A DNA stretch of 32,000 nt from Candidatus Iainarchaeum sp. (lineage in GTDB: Archaea > Iainarchaeota > Iainarchaeia > Iainarchaeales > JAZDEL01). The notes under the pieces are model-generated. The model was not told the origin of the DNA. It saw nothing but the letters and a program-made list of their open reading frames with translations, and did not search any database. The position numbers and the translations under genes are program-made. The DNA is taken from NCBI GenBank assembly GCA_043808785.1, contig JAZDEL010000009.1:120001-152000 (forward strand). Reading direction: 5' to 3'. The first letter of the stretch is position 1; each line of letters begins with the position of its first letter. Below, piece by piece: positions 1 to 7,595 of this stretch.

Positions 1-541
1 GCTCCTTTAGCACTTCCCCACTTGCGGGAACAAACCTGCCCTCCCCGTGGTTGATGGGGCATTCGATTGTTTTTATTCCATGGACCATTCCGCAGGCTTT
101 TTTGTTCACGTTCTCCATCTCTATCCACTCGTCCTGGAACCTGCCGCTTGTGTTAAAAGTGAGCGTAACCTGCTGTTCGCCGTATTTTCCGCCCAAAGCA
201 GGAAGCAGGCCTGCCTTAACAAGCACCTGAAAGCCGTTGCATATGCCGAGCACGCTGCCGCCCGAGGAGATGAAATCAGGCACCTCCCTGCCAAGCCTGT
301 AAGTGAGCTTGTTTGCGAGTATCTTCCCCGAGCCGAGGTAATCGCCGTCAGCAAACCCGCCGGGGATAACGAGCAGTGAATAATCATCCAGCCTCTTGTC
401 CTTATTTATAAGCCTGTTCACATGCACTGCCTCCGCCTCGAAGCCCGCAAGGTTCAGGCAGTAAAGCGTTTCGTAATCGCAGTTCGTGCCCGCAGTGCGC
501 AGCACAATTGCGCGCGGCTTTTCCCTTGTTTCAGCAGCCAT
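1..541 (-). CDS. purQ: FGAM synthase I, glutamine amidotransferase subunit PurQ (3' end cut by window edge)
   Basis: Not in the ORF track because it runs off the window. Reverse-strand translation from ATG 541 gives MAAETREKPRAIVLRTAGTNCDYETLYC...LLVIPGGFADGDYLGSG...VLGICNGFQVLVKAGLLP...INHGEGRF. The nucleophile Cys (GICNGFQ) and HGEG motif are PurQ hallmarks. GGTGA lies 6 nt upstream of the ATG, and the gene starts 27 nt after the purL stop. Confidence 0.9.
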   Translation of the reverse strand, partial: MAAETREKPRAIVLRTAGTNCDYETLYCLNLAGFEAEAVHVNRLINKDKRLDDYSLLVIPGGFADGDYLGSGKILANKLTYRLGREVPDFISSGGSVLGICNGFQVLVKAGLLPALGGKYGEQQVTLTFNTSGRFQDEWIEMENVNKKACGMVHGIKTIECPINHGEGRFVPASGEVLKE

Positions 542-568
542 TTTTTCACCATTCGCCTTTCCCGCAAT

Positions 569-3178
569 TCACCAGTCCAGGGTTTTTTTCCATGCCGCTT
601 TCAGGGCGTCAACATCCGCATCCAGCAATTTCCTGCCGCCGAGGCCGAGCACACCCTTCTTTTTTGTGCCAAGCACAACAAGCCTTTTGCCTTTCGTTAC
701 TTTCCCGCACTCCGCGAATATTGCGCCGTTTGCGCGCATTATTTTCTCGAACTCGTTCTTCAGCGCGGCGTTAACTTCCACAACAAACCTCGACTGCGAT
801 TCCGAGAAGAGAAGCACATCGTCCCTCGCTTCGGTTTCAGTCCCGCAGGGCAGTTTCGCAAGCTCTATTTCAGCCCCCGTCCCCCCGCCGATGCACATCT
901 CCGCAAGCGCCACTGCAATTCCGCCCTCGCTGCAGTCGTGGCAGGCGCGAACTATGCGCTCCGCATTCTCCACGCCTATTGCAGCTGCCCTGCTCATGCC
1001 CAGAAAGTTCTTCTTCGCCTGGCGCGCATCAACTTCAGGCACCTCTCCGCCCGAAACGCCCTGCAGGCGCGCATAGTGCGAACATCCAAGTTCGTTTTTT
1101 GTTTCCCCGACGATGTAAATCGGGTTTCCATCTCCCTTAAAATCCATTGTCACGCGCTTCCTGACGTCGCCCATTATTCCTGCCGCGGAAATAAGGAGCG
1201 TTGAGGGTATTGCAATTGCCCCGCCCTTTGCGGGGGTGTACTCGTTGTAGAAAGAATCCTTTCCCGAAATGAACGGAGTATCGAATGCGGTGGCGAAATC
1301 ATAGCACGCCCTGCATGCGCGCACGAGTTCGGCAAGCTTGCCCGCGTCCTCTGGATTGCCCCAGCAGAAATTGTCGAGCAGCGCTATCTCCTCGAACGGG
1401 CACCCGACTGCAATAAGGTTCCTTATCGCCTCGTCTATTGCGCAGGCAGCCATCCAGTAAGGGTCTATGTCTCCATAGAGCGGGTTTATTCCGCAAGCAA
1501 TCGCAACGCCCTCCATTGCGCCTAACACCGGCATTATTACCGCGGCATCGCTCGGGCCGCAGTTATCTGCGCCCGCAAGCGGCTTGACAACCGAGCCTGC
1601 CTGCACCTCGTGGTCGTACTGCCTTATGGTGCTTTCCTTGCTCGCGATGTTCGGCATGGAGAGCAGGGAGATAATTTCCGCGTTGTAATCGCCCTTTTCA
1701 GCGGGCAGTTTGGCTGTGCCTTTGCCAGTGCCCTTTCCTTTTGAGCCCTTACTCCCTTTCCACACGGCTTTCATCCTCTTCTTCGGCACGCCCTTGTGCA
1801 GGAAATCCATCTCAAGTTCGCACACGGATTCATCCCCGTAAAAAACCCTCAGGACTTTGTCGTCGTTGAACTTTCCTATGACCGCGCACTGCACATCCTC
1901 CTCCGCACATAGCTGCGAGAACCTCTCGAGGTTTTCAGGCGGAACCGCAAGCACCATGCGCTCCTGGCTCTCGCTCACCCATATCTCCCACGGCAAAATG
2001 CCCCGCGCCTTCAGCGGAGCTTTCTCAAGCTGGACACGCGCCCCGATGCTTGCAGCCATCTCCCCTACCGCCGAAGAGAAGCCTCCCGCGCCGCAGTCGG
2101 TTATTGCGGAGTACAGCTTCATGCCGCGCGCCTTAAGCAGGATATCGAGGAACTTCTTCTCCTCTATCGCGTTGCCTATCTGCACCACGCTCGGCGGAAC
2201 CGCACTGCCGAGTTTCGCGCTCGAGAATGTTGCGCCGTGTATCCCGTCACGCCCTGTCGAAGCGCCGACCGCTACAATCAGGTCGCCGAAGTTTGCGCGC
2301 TTCTCCTGCATGCCTCTCGGGATTATGCCCACGGTTCCGCAGTAAACAAGCGGGTTTCCTATGTACCGTTCGTCAAACAAAATCGCGCCGTTAAGTGTCG
2401 GAATTCCCATGCGGTTCCCGTAATCCCTTACCCCCGCCCTTACGCCCTTTGCAATGCGCTTCGGGTGCAGAACGCCCTTGGGCAGTTTCGAGCGCGGGAA
2501 ATCGTGCGGGCCGAAGCAGAAAATGTCGGTGTTCGCTATGGGCTTTGCCCCCATGCCGCAGCCGAGGATGTCGCGTATTACGCCGCCTATGCCTGTGCTT
2601 GCCCCGCCGTAGGGGTCCAAGGCGGACGGATGATTGTGCGTTTCCACCTTGAAAGCGATGTCGTAATCCTGCGTGAAACTGATAATGCCGGCGTTGTCGC
2701 TGAAAACGGAAACAAGGAATTTCGGCTTCCTTTTTTCTATCTCCTCCGTGGCGCGCTTTATGTATGTGCGGAAAAGGGAATCTATTGTTTCCCGCTTTTG
2801 AACGCCTTTGCCCGCATCCTTGGCAGCGCCTTTCTTTCCGCCCGCGCTTTCGGTTTCCGTGTACTCTATTTCGGCATTCATCACCTTGTGCTTGCAGTGC
2901 TCGCTCCAGGTTTGGGCGATCGTTTCGAGTTCCGCGTCCGTGGGGTTCCTGCCGGTTCCTTTGAAATAAGCCTGTATTGCGAGCATTTCCTCGCGGTTCA
3001 GGGAGAGCAGCATTTTTTTGCCGAGCGCAAGGAGCTGCTTGTCGTTGAGGCCGAGGATATTCACGACATTGGCTGCAGCTGGGCCCATTATGCTGCTCAG
3101 GCTCGGTCCCTGCACAGAACCATGAACCGTGCCGTGCAAACCGCCGGAGTGGTTTTTTTTGTTTTCAATTTCGCCCAT
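569..3178 (-). CDS. purL: FGAM synthase II (small-type PurL) with low-complexity inserts
   Basis: Long ORF with WSEHCKHK, FKVETHNHPSALDPYGGASTGIGG and duplicated AIR-synthase-like halves. Start set at ATG 3178, which overlaps the purS stop as TAATG, rather than the longest-ORF start at 3244. Confidence 0.93.
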   Translation of the reverse strand: MGEIENKKNHSGGLHGTVHGSVQGPSLSSIMGPAAANVVNILGLNDKQLLALGKKMLLSLNREEMLAIQAYFKGTGRNPTDAELETIAQTWSEHCKHKVMNAEIEYTETESAGGKKGAAKDAGKGVQKRETIDSLFRTYIKRATEEIEKRKPKFLVSVFSDNAGIISFTQDYDIAFKVETHNHPSALDPYGGASTGIGGVIRDILGCGMGAKPIANTDIFCFGPHDFPRSKLPKGVLHPKRIAKGVRAGVRDYGNRMGIPTLNGAILFDERYIGNPLVYCGTVGIIPRGMQEKRANFGDLIVAVGASTGRDGIHGATFSSAKLGSAVPPSVVQIGNAIEEKKFLDILLKARGMKLYSAITDCGAGGFSSAVGEMAASIGARVQLEKAPLKARGILPWEIWVSESQERMVLAVPPENLERFSQLCAEEDVQCAVIGKFNDDKVLRVFYGDESVCELEMDFLHKGVPKKRMKAVWKGSKGSKGKGTGKGTAKLPAEKGDYNAEIISLLSMPNIASKESTIRQYDHEVQAGSVVKPLAGADNCGPSDAAVIMPVLGAMEGVAIACGINPLYGDIDPYWMAACAIDEAIRNLIAVGCPFEEIALLDNFCWGNPEDAGKLAELVRACRACYDFATAFDTPFISGKDSFYNEYTPAKGGAIAIPSTLLISAAGIMGDVRKRVTMDFKGDGNPIYIVGETKNELGCSHYARLQGVSGGEVPEVDARQAKKNFLGMSRAAAIGVENAERIVRACHDCSEGGIAVALAEMCIGGGTGAEIELAKLPCGTETEARDDVLLFSESQSRFVVEVNAALKNEFEKIMRANGAIFAECGKVTKGKRLVVLGTKKKGVLGLGGRKLLDADVDALKAAWKKTLDW

Positions 3179-3717
3179 TATTTCGCCTTCCCGTTCCCCC
3201 TTTTCCGCGCCCCTGCTGCGCCTTCCCCGCGCGTGATTTTCCACTCCTCGATGAGCGGGTTCGCAAGCATCCCTGTGCAGATAAGTGCGGCTTCCTTTTC
3301 GGAGAGCGCGCCGTTGATAACATACTTGCGCGCGGAGCGCACGCTTTCATCCCGCCCAAGCGCGCGGCGCAGCAAATCCTCAATTCCGATGCGCGCCGCA
3401 ATCCCTATGTTGTCAGTGACATTTTCCCTTACTCTTACCTCGATTTCCCAGTCAAAATCGGAAAAGAGCGGCGCATCAACCGAAACGCGCTGCACAACAG
3501 GGTCGTGCATAAGTTTTTCGGCAATAAGGTTAAGTTCCGCAATTGAAAACCCGCCGCGCAGGAGGTAAACATCGACATAATTGATTTCCTTCACTCCCTG
3601 AATTAGCAAATCCTCGCGTATGTCCGCAAGAACTCCGTGCGCTATTGCATCGTCCTTCTGGCTTTTGTAACCCGCCTCTATCCTGTGCGCGGGCTCCGTT
3701 GGCATGGCGCGGGGCAT
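3178..3717 (-). CDS. purS: PurS-like FGAM synthase subunit, apparently a tandem (two-repeat) PurS
   Basis: The C-terminal half (ENVTDNIGIAARIGIEDLL...KYVINGALSEKEAALICTGMLANPLIEEWKI) matches the PurS pattern, which ends in LLANPvIE. The N-terminal half (AHGVLADIREDL...VDVYLLRGGFSIAELNLIAEKLMHDPVVQRVSV) repeats the same pattern. ATG 3717 lies about 27 nt downstream of a TATA-like box. The track start at 3735 is TTG. Confidence 0.75.
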   Translation of the reverse strand: MPRAMPTEPAHRIEAGYKSQKDDAIAHGVLADIREDLLIQGVKEINYVDVYLLRGGFSIAELNLIAEKLMHDPVVQRVSVDAPLFSDFDWEIEVRVRENVTDNIGIAARIGIEDLLRRALGRDESVRSARKYVINGALSEKEAALICTGMLANPLIEEWKITRGEGAAGARKRGNGKAK

Positions 3718-3739
3718 AGTAAATGGCAGGCGCAAAATG

Positions 3740-3747
3740 CTTTTTAA
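3740..3747 (-). promoter_or_regulatory. TATA-like box (TTAAAAAG on - strand) for purS-purL-purQ
   Basis: A/T octamer centred about 27 nt upstream of ATG 3717, with no SD between them. Confidence 0.45.
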
Positions 3748-3771
3748 GTGGTTGCCGTGCGGCTGTTTCCG

Positions 3772-4359
3772 CTAAAACTTTCTCGCTTTATCCAGCTTCA
3801 TGAAATAAGTCACTATGCCGCCGCTATCGTGCCCCCTGCGCCAGTTTGCGACCTCATAGCTCCTTATCGCGTTTTTGTTGTCCGTGCTCGTCTGTGCCCG
3901 TATCTCTTTGGCGCCGTACCTGTGCGCTATCTTCTCGCCAAGTTTCAGCATATCCGTGCCTACGCCTTTCTTCCGGTATTTTTCCGGCACTTCCCTGTTC
4001 ATGTATGCCACCTTGACCTTCGGCGCCCTTATATCTATAATATTGTTTTTCCCGAAAGGCAGCTCCTTGTCGAAGAACATTTCCGCAGTGCCGTATTTTC
4101 CCCCGAGCACGTTTGGGCTCATGTAATCCTTGTTCAGTTCGGGTTCGAAGCCGCGCTTCAGCGGCCCCGCAAGCAGCCATAACAAGCGGCCGCCTGTTTG
4201 CGTGAAGAGCTGGAATTCCATGTGCGAGAGCCTGCCGTTCGGCAGCCTTGCAAGAAGGCGCTTCCTGCCCCTCCCTGTAAAGACCGACGGGAATGCGCGT
4301 ATCGGGCCGCCTTTCCGCCTGCGTATTTGTATTCGGCGCCTGGTTGCGGATTTATTCAT
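3772..4359 (-). CDS. GNAT-family N-acetyltransferase with Arg-rich N-terminal extension
   Basis: The acetyl-CoA motif A-like segment KYRKKGVGTDMLKLGEKIAHRYGAKEI is followed by NKNAIRSYEVANW, giving GNAT topology. The N-terminus is MNKSATRRRIQIRRRKGG. A TATA-like AATAAATA is centred about 28 nt upstream. Confidence 0.65.
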   Translation of the reverse strand: MNKSATRRRIQIRRRKGGPIRAFPSVFTGRGRKRLLARLPNGRLSHMEFQLFTQTGGRLLWLLAGPLKRGFEPELNKDYMSPNVLGGKYGTAEMFFDKELPFGKNNIIDIRAPKVKVAYMNREVPEKYRKKGVGTDMLKLGEKIAHRYGAKEIRAQTSTDNKNAIRSYEVANWRRGHDSGGIVTYFMKLDKARKF

Positions 4360-4444
4360 AGTATAATCAATTGCGCGTTCCGCTATTTATTCCTTGCCCC
4401 GTGCCGGAAATTCGCCCCCCGTTCAGTTTTTCGCCAACCCCCGC

Positions 4445-4539
4445 TTTGGGCTTGCGCCCAAAAGGGCCATTTTGAGCCAGCGGCTCAAAACGGGTTTTGG
4501 AAGCGGGGTTGAGGCAAACGAAACCCCGCGCTCCGAAAA
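4445..4539. other. Cluster of three consecutive perfect or near-perfect stem-loops between divergent promoters (possible small structured RNA or protein-binding array)
   Basis: H1 is TTTGGGC-ttgc-GCCCAAA (4445-4462). H2 is TTTTGAGCC-agc-GGCTCAAAA (4470-4490). H3 is TTTTGGAaGCGGGGTT-11 nt-AACCCCGCgcTCCgAAAA (4495-4539, 15 bp with one bulge and an internal loop). Confidence 0.5.
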
Positions 4540-4568
4540 GGTTGCACCGGAAACGAACCCTGCGAACC

Positions 4569-4576
4569 TTTATATT
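4569..4576 (+). promoter_or_regulatory. TATA-like box TTTATATT for the nuclease gene
   Basis: Centred 22-28 nt upstream of ATG 4594 / ATG 4600, with no SD. Confidence 0.5.
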
Positions 4577-4593
4577 GGGTTTACGGCACAATT

Positions 4594-5817
4594 ATGCGTA
4601 TGCATGTTTACTCGCACTCGCGCCTTGAAACATACAGGAACTGCCCCATGGCGTTCAGGTTCAAGTACATAGACAAGCTTGACACCGAGTTAGAGGAGAC
4701 TGTTGAACTCTTCCTCGGCTCGCGCGTCCATGAGGCGCTCGAGAAACTTTACAGGGACATGCGGTTCAGGAAGGAGAACACGCTCGATGATTTGCTTGGA
4801 TTTTACAATTCCGAATGGGAAAAGCAGTGGAACCCCGCCATTGCAATCGTGCGCGCCGAGTACACGCCCGAAAATTACCGTTCAATGGGCGAGGCTTACC
4901 TGCGCAACTATTACGCGCGCCACGCCCCGTTTGACGAGGGCACGGTGATAGGGCTTGAAAAAAAGATAAACGTCGCGCTGGATACGGGGAAAAAATATGC
5001 GCTCACAGGTTACATCGACCGCCTTTCGATATCGAGGGGCGGCACCTACGAGATACACGACTACAAGACTTCCTCCAGCCTGCCCCTGCAGGAATACCTG
5101 AACGCGGACAGGCAGCTTGCGCTTTATGAAATTGCGGTAAGGAAGATGTTTTCGGATGCCGAGAGGGTTGAACTTGTCTGGCATTACCTTGCTTTCGACA
5201 AGGAACTGCGTTCCTCAAGGACGCCGGAACAGCTCGAGGCGCTGAAGTGCGAAACAGTTTCGCTCATTGATGAAATAGAAACCAAAAAAATAACGAACGA
5301 TTTTCCCGCAAAGGAGAGCGCGCTGTGCGAATGGTGCCAGTTCCAGGCGCACTGCCCGAAAACCATGCACGCGCATAAGGTTGCGGCGCTTGATGCGAAC
5401 GAGTATAAGGATGAGCCGGGCGTGAAACTTGTGGATAAACTGGCCGAACTGGAAAACAAAAAACAAAAAGCACTTGAGGGTTTGGAACCCGAGATTGAAA
5501 AGGTACGGGAGGCGTTGTTTGCCTATGCTGAAAAGGCGGGGGTCGATAACGTGCGCGGCTCGGGGCACGAGGCAAGGATTTTCTGCTACGATAAAATGAG
5601 CTGGCCGCAGAAGGGTTCCGAAGCGAGGGAAGGGATGATTGCGTTGCTGAACCAGCACCGCAAATTTTTCGAATACGCGGATTTGGACGTTTACATGCTC
5701 ACGAAAGCCATTAACACGGGGCGCCTGCCGAAGGAGCTCGCGGAAAGCCTGCAGAAGTTTGCCGAGAAGCGGCAGGCAAAGATGCTGAAACTCAGGGAAC
5801 TGGACAGGGAGTGCTGA
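4594..5817 (+). CDS. Cas4-like / RecB-family PD-(D/E)XK nuclease with four-Cys (Fe-S type) pattern and an unassigned ~140-aa C-terminal domain
   Basis: The N-terminus is YSHSRLETYRNCPMAFRFKYI. Nuclease motifs are GYIDRL...EIHDYKT (D...DxK) and QLALYEIA (QxxxY). CEWCQFQAHC (Cx2Cx5C) plus the N-terminal Cys gives the Cas4/AddB-type cluster pattern. The alternative start is ATG 4600. Confidence 0.8.
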   Translation: MRMHVYSHSRLETYRNCPMAFRFKYIDKLDTELEETVELFLGSRVHEALEKLYRDMRFRKENTLDDLLGFYNSEWEKQWNPAIAIVRAEYTPENYRSMGEAYLRNYYARHAPFDEGTVIGLEKKINVALDTGKKYALTGYIDRLSISRGGTYEIHDYKTSSSLPLQEYLNADRQLALYEIAVRKMFSDAERVELVWHYLAFDKELRSSRTPEQLEALKCETVSLIDEIETKKITNDFPAKESALCEWCQFQAHCPKTMHAHKVAALDANEYKDEPGVKLVDKLAELENKKQKALEGLEPEIEKVREALFAYAEKAGVDNVRGSGHEARIFCYDKMSWPQKGSEAREGMIALLNQHRKFFEYADLDVYMLTKAINTGRLPKELAESLQKFAEKRQAKMLKLRELDREC

Positions 5818-5849
5818 CACCGCAGATAAAGGGCAACAGTCCGCAATTC

Positions 5850-6125
5850 CTAAATCCCGAGCAGTTCTTCAGCCTCTTTAACCTTGCGCGGGTTTATTGA
5901 AACATGCGTTTCCCCAGTTGACGGTTTCGCAAGCAGCATGCCCTCGTTAAGCAGTTCCTTAACTGCCTGCCTTATCGCTTTCAGCCCCTTCCTGCTTGAG
6001 CGCAGGTGCAAAGGCATGCCCCTTTCCAGGTTCTGCAGTGCGGTGTGCGCGCCGCCGATTTTGCCCATGTTTATCAGTTTTCTCAGCATGTAGCGCTTTG
6101 TCTGCAGAACCAGTGCATCATCCAT
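5850..6125 (-). CDS. Small winged-helix DNA-binding protein
   Basis: A 91-aa ORF with wHTH-like MLRKLINMGKIGGAHTALQNL...AIRQAVKELLNEGMLLAKPSTGETHVSINP. An A/T-rich box (6146-6157) lies about 27 nt upstream of ATG 6125. Confidence 0.65.
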   Translation of the reverse strand: MDDALVLQTKRYMLRKLINMGKIGGAHTALQNLERGMPLHLRSSRKGLKAIRQAVKELLNEGMLLAKPSTGETHVSINPRKVKEAEELLGI

Positions 6126-6171
6126 AAGTTAGACAATTGACGAAAATAATTATAATTCTATCAAACTTCCG

Positions 6172-6195
6172 TTTTGGCACATCAATGTGCCAAAA
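6172..6195. promoter_or_regulatory. Perfect 11+11 bp inverted repeat (TTTTGGCACAT ca ATGTGCCAAAA), candidate operator
   Basis: Read directly from the sequence. It sits between the divergent wHTH genes and abuts the TATA box at 6203-6210. Confidence 0.6.
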
Positions 6196-6202
6196 AGTAA
6201 GG

Positions 6203-6210
6203 TTTAAATA
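6203..6210 (+). promoter_or_regulatory. TATA box TTTAAATA for wHTH gene 6235
   Basis: Centred about 28 nt upstream of ATG 6235, with no SD. Confidence 0.55.
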
Positions 6211-6234
6211 TTTGTTTGTGCACAGTCAGTAATT

Positions 6235-6588
6235 ATGGCTGAAAGCACGGAGAGCAAATTCCTCGCATTCATGGGCGATTCCCCGCAGATGCGCATCCTG
6301 GATTTCCTAATCACGGGGCGCGAGTTCGATTATTCCCTCTCCGACATTGCCGAGGGCGCGGGCGTTTCCTGGTCTACACTGCACCGCATTTTCCCCGCAA
6401 TGGAGCGCAGCGGAATTGCGGCAAAAACCCGCGAGGTGGGGAGAGCCAAACTGTACAGGCTTAGCACGCAGAAGCCCGAAGTGGCAATGCTGGTTTCGCT
6501 TTATGACAGCCTTGCCAAAAAAACCCTGCAGACGGCGCGCGAAATTCATGGGCGGGAAAAGCAGAAGCAGTTTGCTTTTGCGCGCTAA
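6235..6588 (+). CDS. Winged-helix transcriptional regulator (archaeal ArsR/TrmB-like style)
   Basis: SPQMRILDFLITGREFDYSLSDIAEGAGVSWSTLHRIFPAMERSGIAAKTREVGRAKLYRL follows the typical wHTH layout. Confidence 0.7.
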   Translation: MAESTESKFLAFMGDSPQMRILDFLITGREFDYSLSDIAEGAGVSWSTLHRIFPAMERSGIAAKTREVGRAKLYRLSTQKPEVAMLVSLYDSLAKKTLQTAREIHGREKQKQFAFAR

Positions 6589-6596
6589 GGCGGCCA

Positions 6597-6791
6597 CTAA
6601 TCCTCAAAACTGAAAACCTCATCTATCTTCGCCTTAAGCGCCTTTGCGACGTCGTGCGCAAGCCTCAGGGACGGGTTGTATTTGCCCTGCTCCAGGAAAA
6701 CAATGGTTTCGCGCCTTACCCCCGCTGCAAGCGCAAGTTCCTCCTGCGTCATGCCGCGCTTTGTCCGCAGCTCCTTTATTTTTGTTTTCAT
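6597..6791 (-). CDS. XRE/Cro-C1 family HTH transcriptional regulator (64 aa)
   Basis: [52 protein letters not shown] is the classic HTH_3 pattern. ATG 6791 follows the upstream stop (TGAaATG). The longer track ORF start at 6854 would overlap the upstream gene. Confidence 0.85.
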   Translation of the reverse strand: MKTKIKELRTKRGMTQEELALAAGVRRETIVFLEQGKYNPSLRLAHDVAKALKAKIDEVFSFED

Positions 6792-6792
6792 T

Positions 6793-7119
6793 TCAGCCGC
6801 CTTTTCTGTCATAGTAAAGCAGCGAAAGCAGGCACACAAGCAAGTTTCCGCCAAAGAGCACGGGAAAGGCGGGAGCCATTAGCCAGACGCTGTCTGTAAG
6901 GTAAATGCATACAATTGCCCCGGCCCCGAAAAGCATAGAAAACATGAAGGCATTCCTTGCAGCCCTGCCGAGGTTTTCCTCGAGCCGCTCATCATTTAAT
7001 TTGTAGAGGAAAAAATACGGAATAAACCCCAGGAACCCGAGAAAGGCAGCCTTGCCCTCAACGAAATACAGCAGGCTCAAGGCAGAAAGGAACCCCAGAT
7101 ACCAAAGTGTGTTTTTCAT
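6793..7119 (-). CDS. Small multi-pass membrane protein, DER-motif paralog C (DUF2178-like by inference)
   Basis: Hydrophobic helices flank [19 protein letters not shown]. The start overlaps the upstream stop as ATGA. Confidence 0.7.
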   Translation of the reverse strand: MKNTLWYLGFLSALSLLYFVEGKAAFLGFLGFIPYFFLYKLNDERLEENLGRAARNAFMFSMLFGAGAIVCIYLTDSVWLMAPAFPVLFGGNLLVCLLSLLYYDRKGG

Positions 7120-7580
7120 GGCACCGCCCCGCCCCCTTTCTCATAGTAGACGTACGCCGCGAAGTACACAAGCACTCCGAGCGCGAGCGCGGGCCCCACT
7201 ATTGCCGGAAAGGGAATCGCCCAAAGCACGTCAAATGCCGAGAGCACAAGCATTGCCGAGAGGAAACTCACAAGCACAACAAACCCCTTTCGCGATGCCC
7301 TGAGGCTGTTCATCTCCAGCCTCTCATCTATCCTGAACCCGACTTCGCCTGTTTTTTTGCATTGCATCAGCCTCATTGCCGAATCAATCAGGAAAAAGCC
7401 CCCGACAAAGATGAAAGAGAACGTGAACACGTCCATTATTCCGCCCCAGGGGTTGAAGAATATCGTTGCTATGCCGAACAGGATGAAGAACCCCGCAACC
7501 GCTGCACGCCTTTTCACGATTTTTATTTCCTTTTCTCCGCCTTTTTTTATTTCCCGCCCTTCGCGTTTCCCCGTTTCCAT
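7116..7580 (-). CDS. Small multi-pass membrane protein, DER-motif paralog B
   Basis: Four predicted hydrophobic segments around RIDERLEMNSLRASRKGF. GGAGG lies 9 nt upstream of ATG 7580. Confidence 0.7.
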   Translation of the reverse strand: METGKREGREIKKGGEKEIKIVKRRAAVAGFFILFGIATIFFNPWGGIMDVFTFSFIFVGGFFLIDSAMRLMQCKKTGEVGFRIDERLEMNSLRASRKGFVVLVSFLSAMLVLSAFDVLWAIPFPAIVGPALALGVLVYFAAYVYYEKGGGAVP

Positions 7581-7595
7581 CCTATCGCCTCCAGC

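Noticed and set aside
121-387. Track ORFs 121-387 (-) and 47-379 (+) at the left edge.
   Set aside because: They are in the wrong frame or strand relative to the clearly PurQ-encoding frame, which runs off the window and so is missing from the track.
3179-3244. N-terminal 22-codon extension of purL (MENHARGRRSRGAEKGEREGEI) overlapping the end of purS.
   Set aside because: The ATG at 3178 forms a TAATG stop/start overlap with purS, and the extension has no PurL homology, so the shorter start is preferred.
2237-3568. 443-aa ORF on the + strand. Similar long ORFs occur at 422-1204 (+), 5215-5820 (-), 8048-9046 (-), 9797-10900 (-), 13516-14568 (+), 14118-15443 (+) and 23486-24919 (-).
   Set aside because: All lie antisense to genes with unmistakable enzyme motifs (purL, the nuclease, the lipoprotein, purD, purH/purN, folD, purB/purM). 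Their products are Arg/Ala/Cys-rich with no recognisable motif. Long antisense ORFs are expected in GC-rich DNA.
4527-4540. Exact 14-mer CGCGCTCCGAAAAG shared with 9731-9744 (upstream of purD).
   Set aside because: By my rough estimate of the number of possible position pairs relative to 4^14, a few exact 14-mer matches between distant sites are expected by chance in 32 kb counting both strands. The distance to the respective TATA boxes also differs (29 vs 12 nt).
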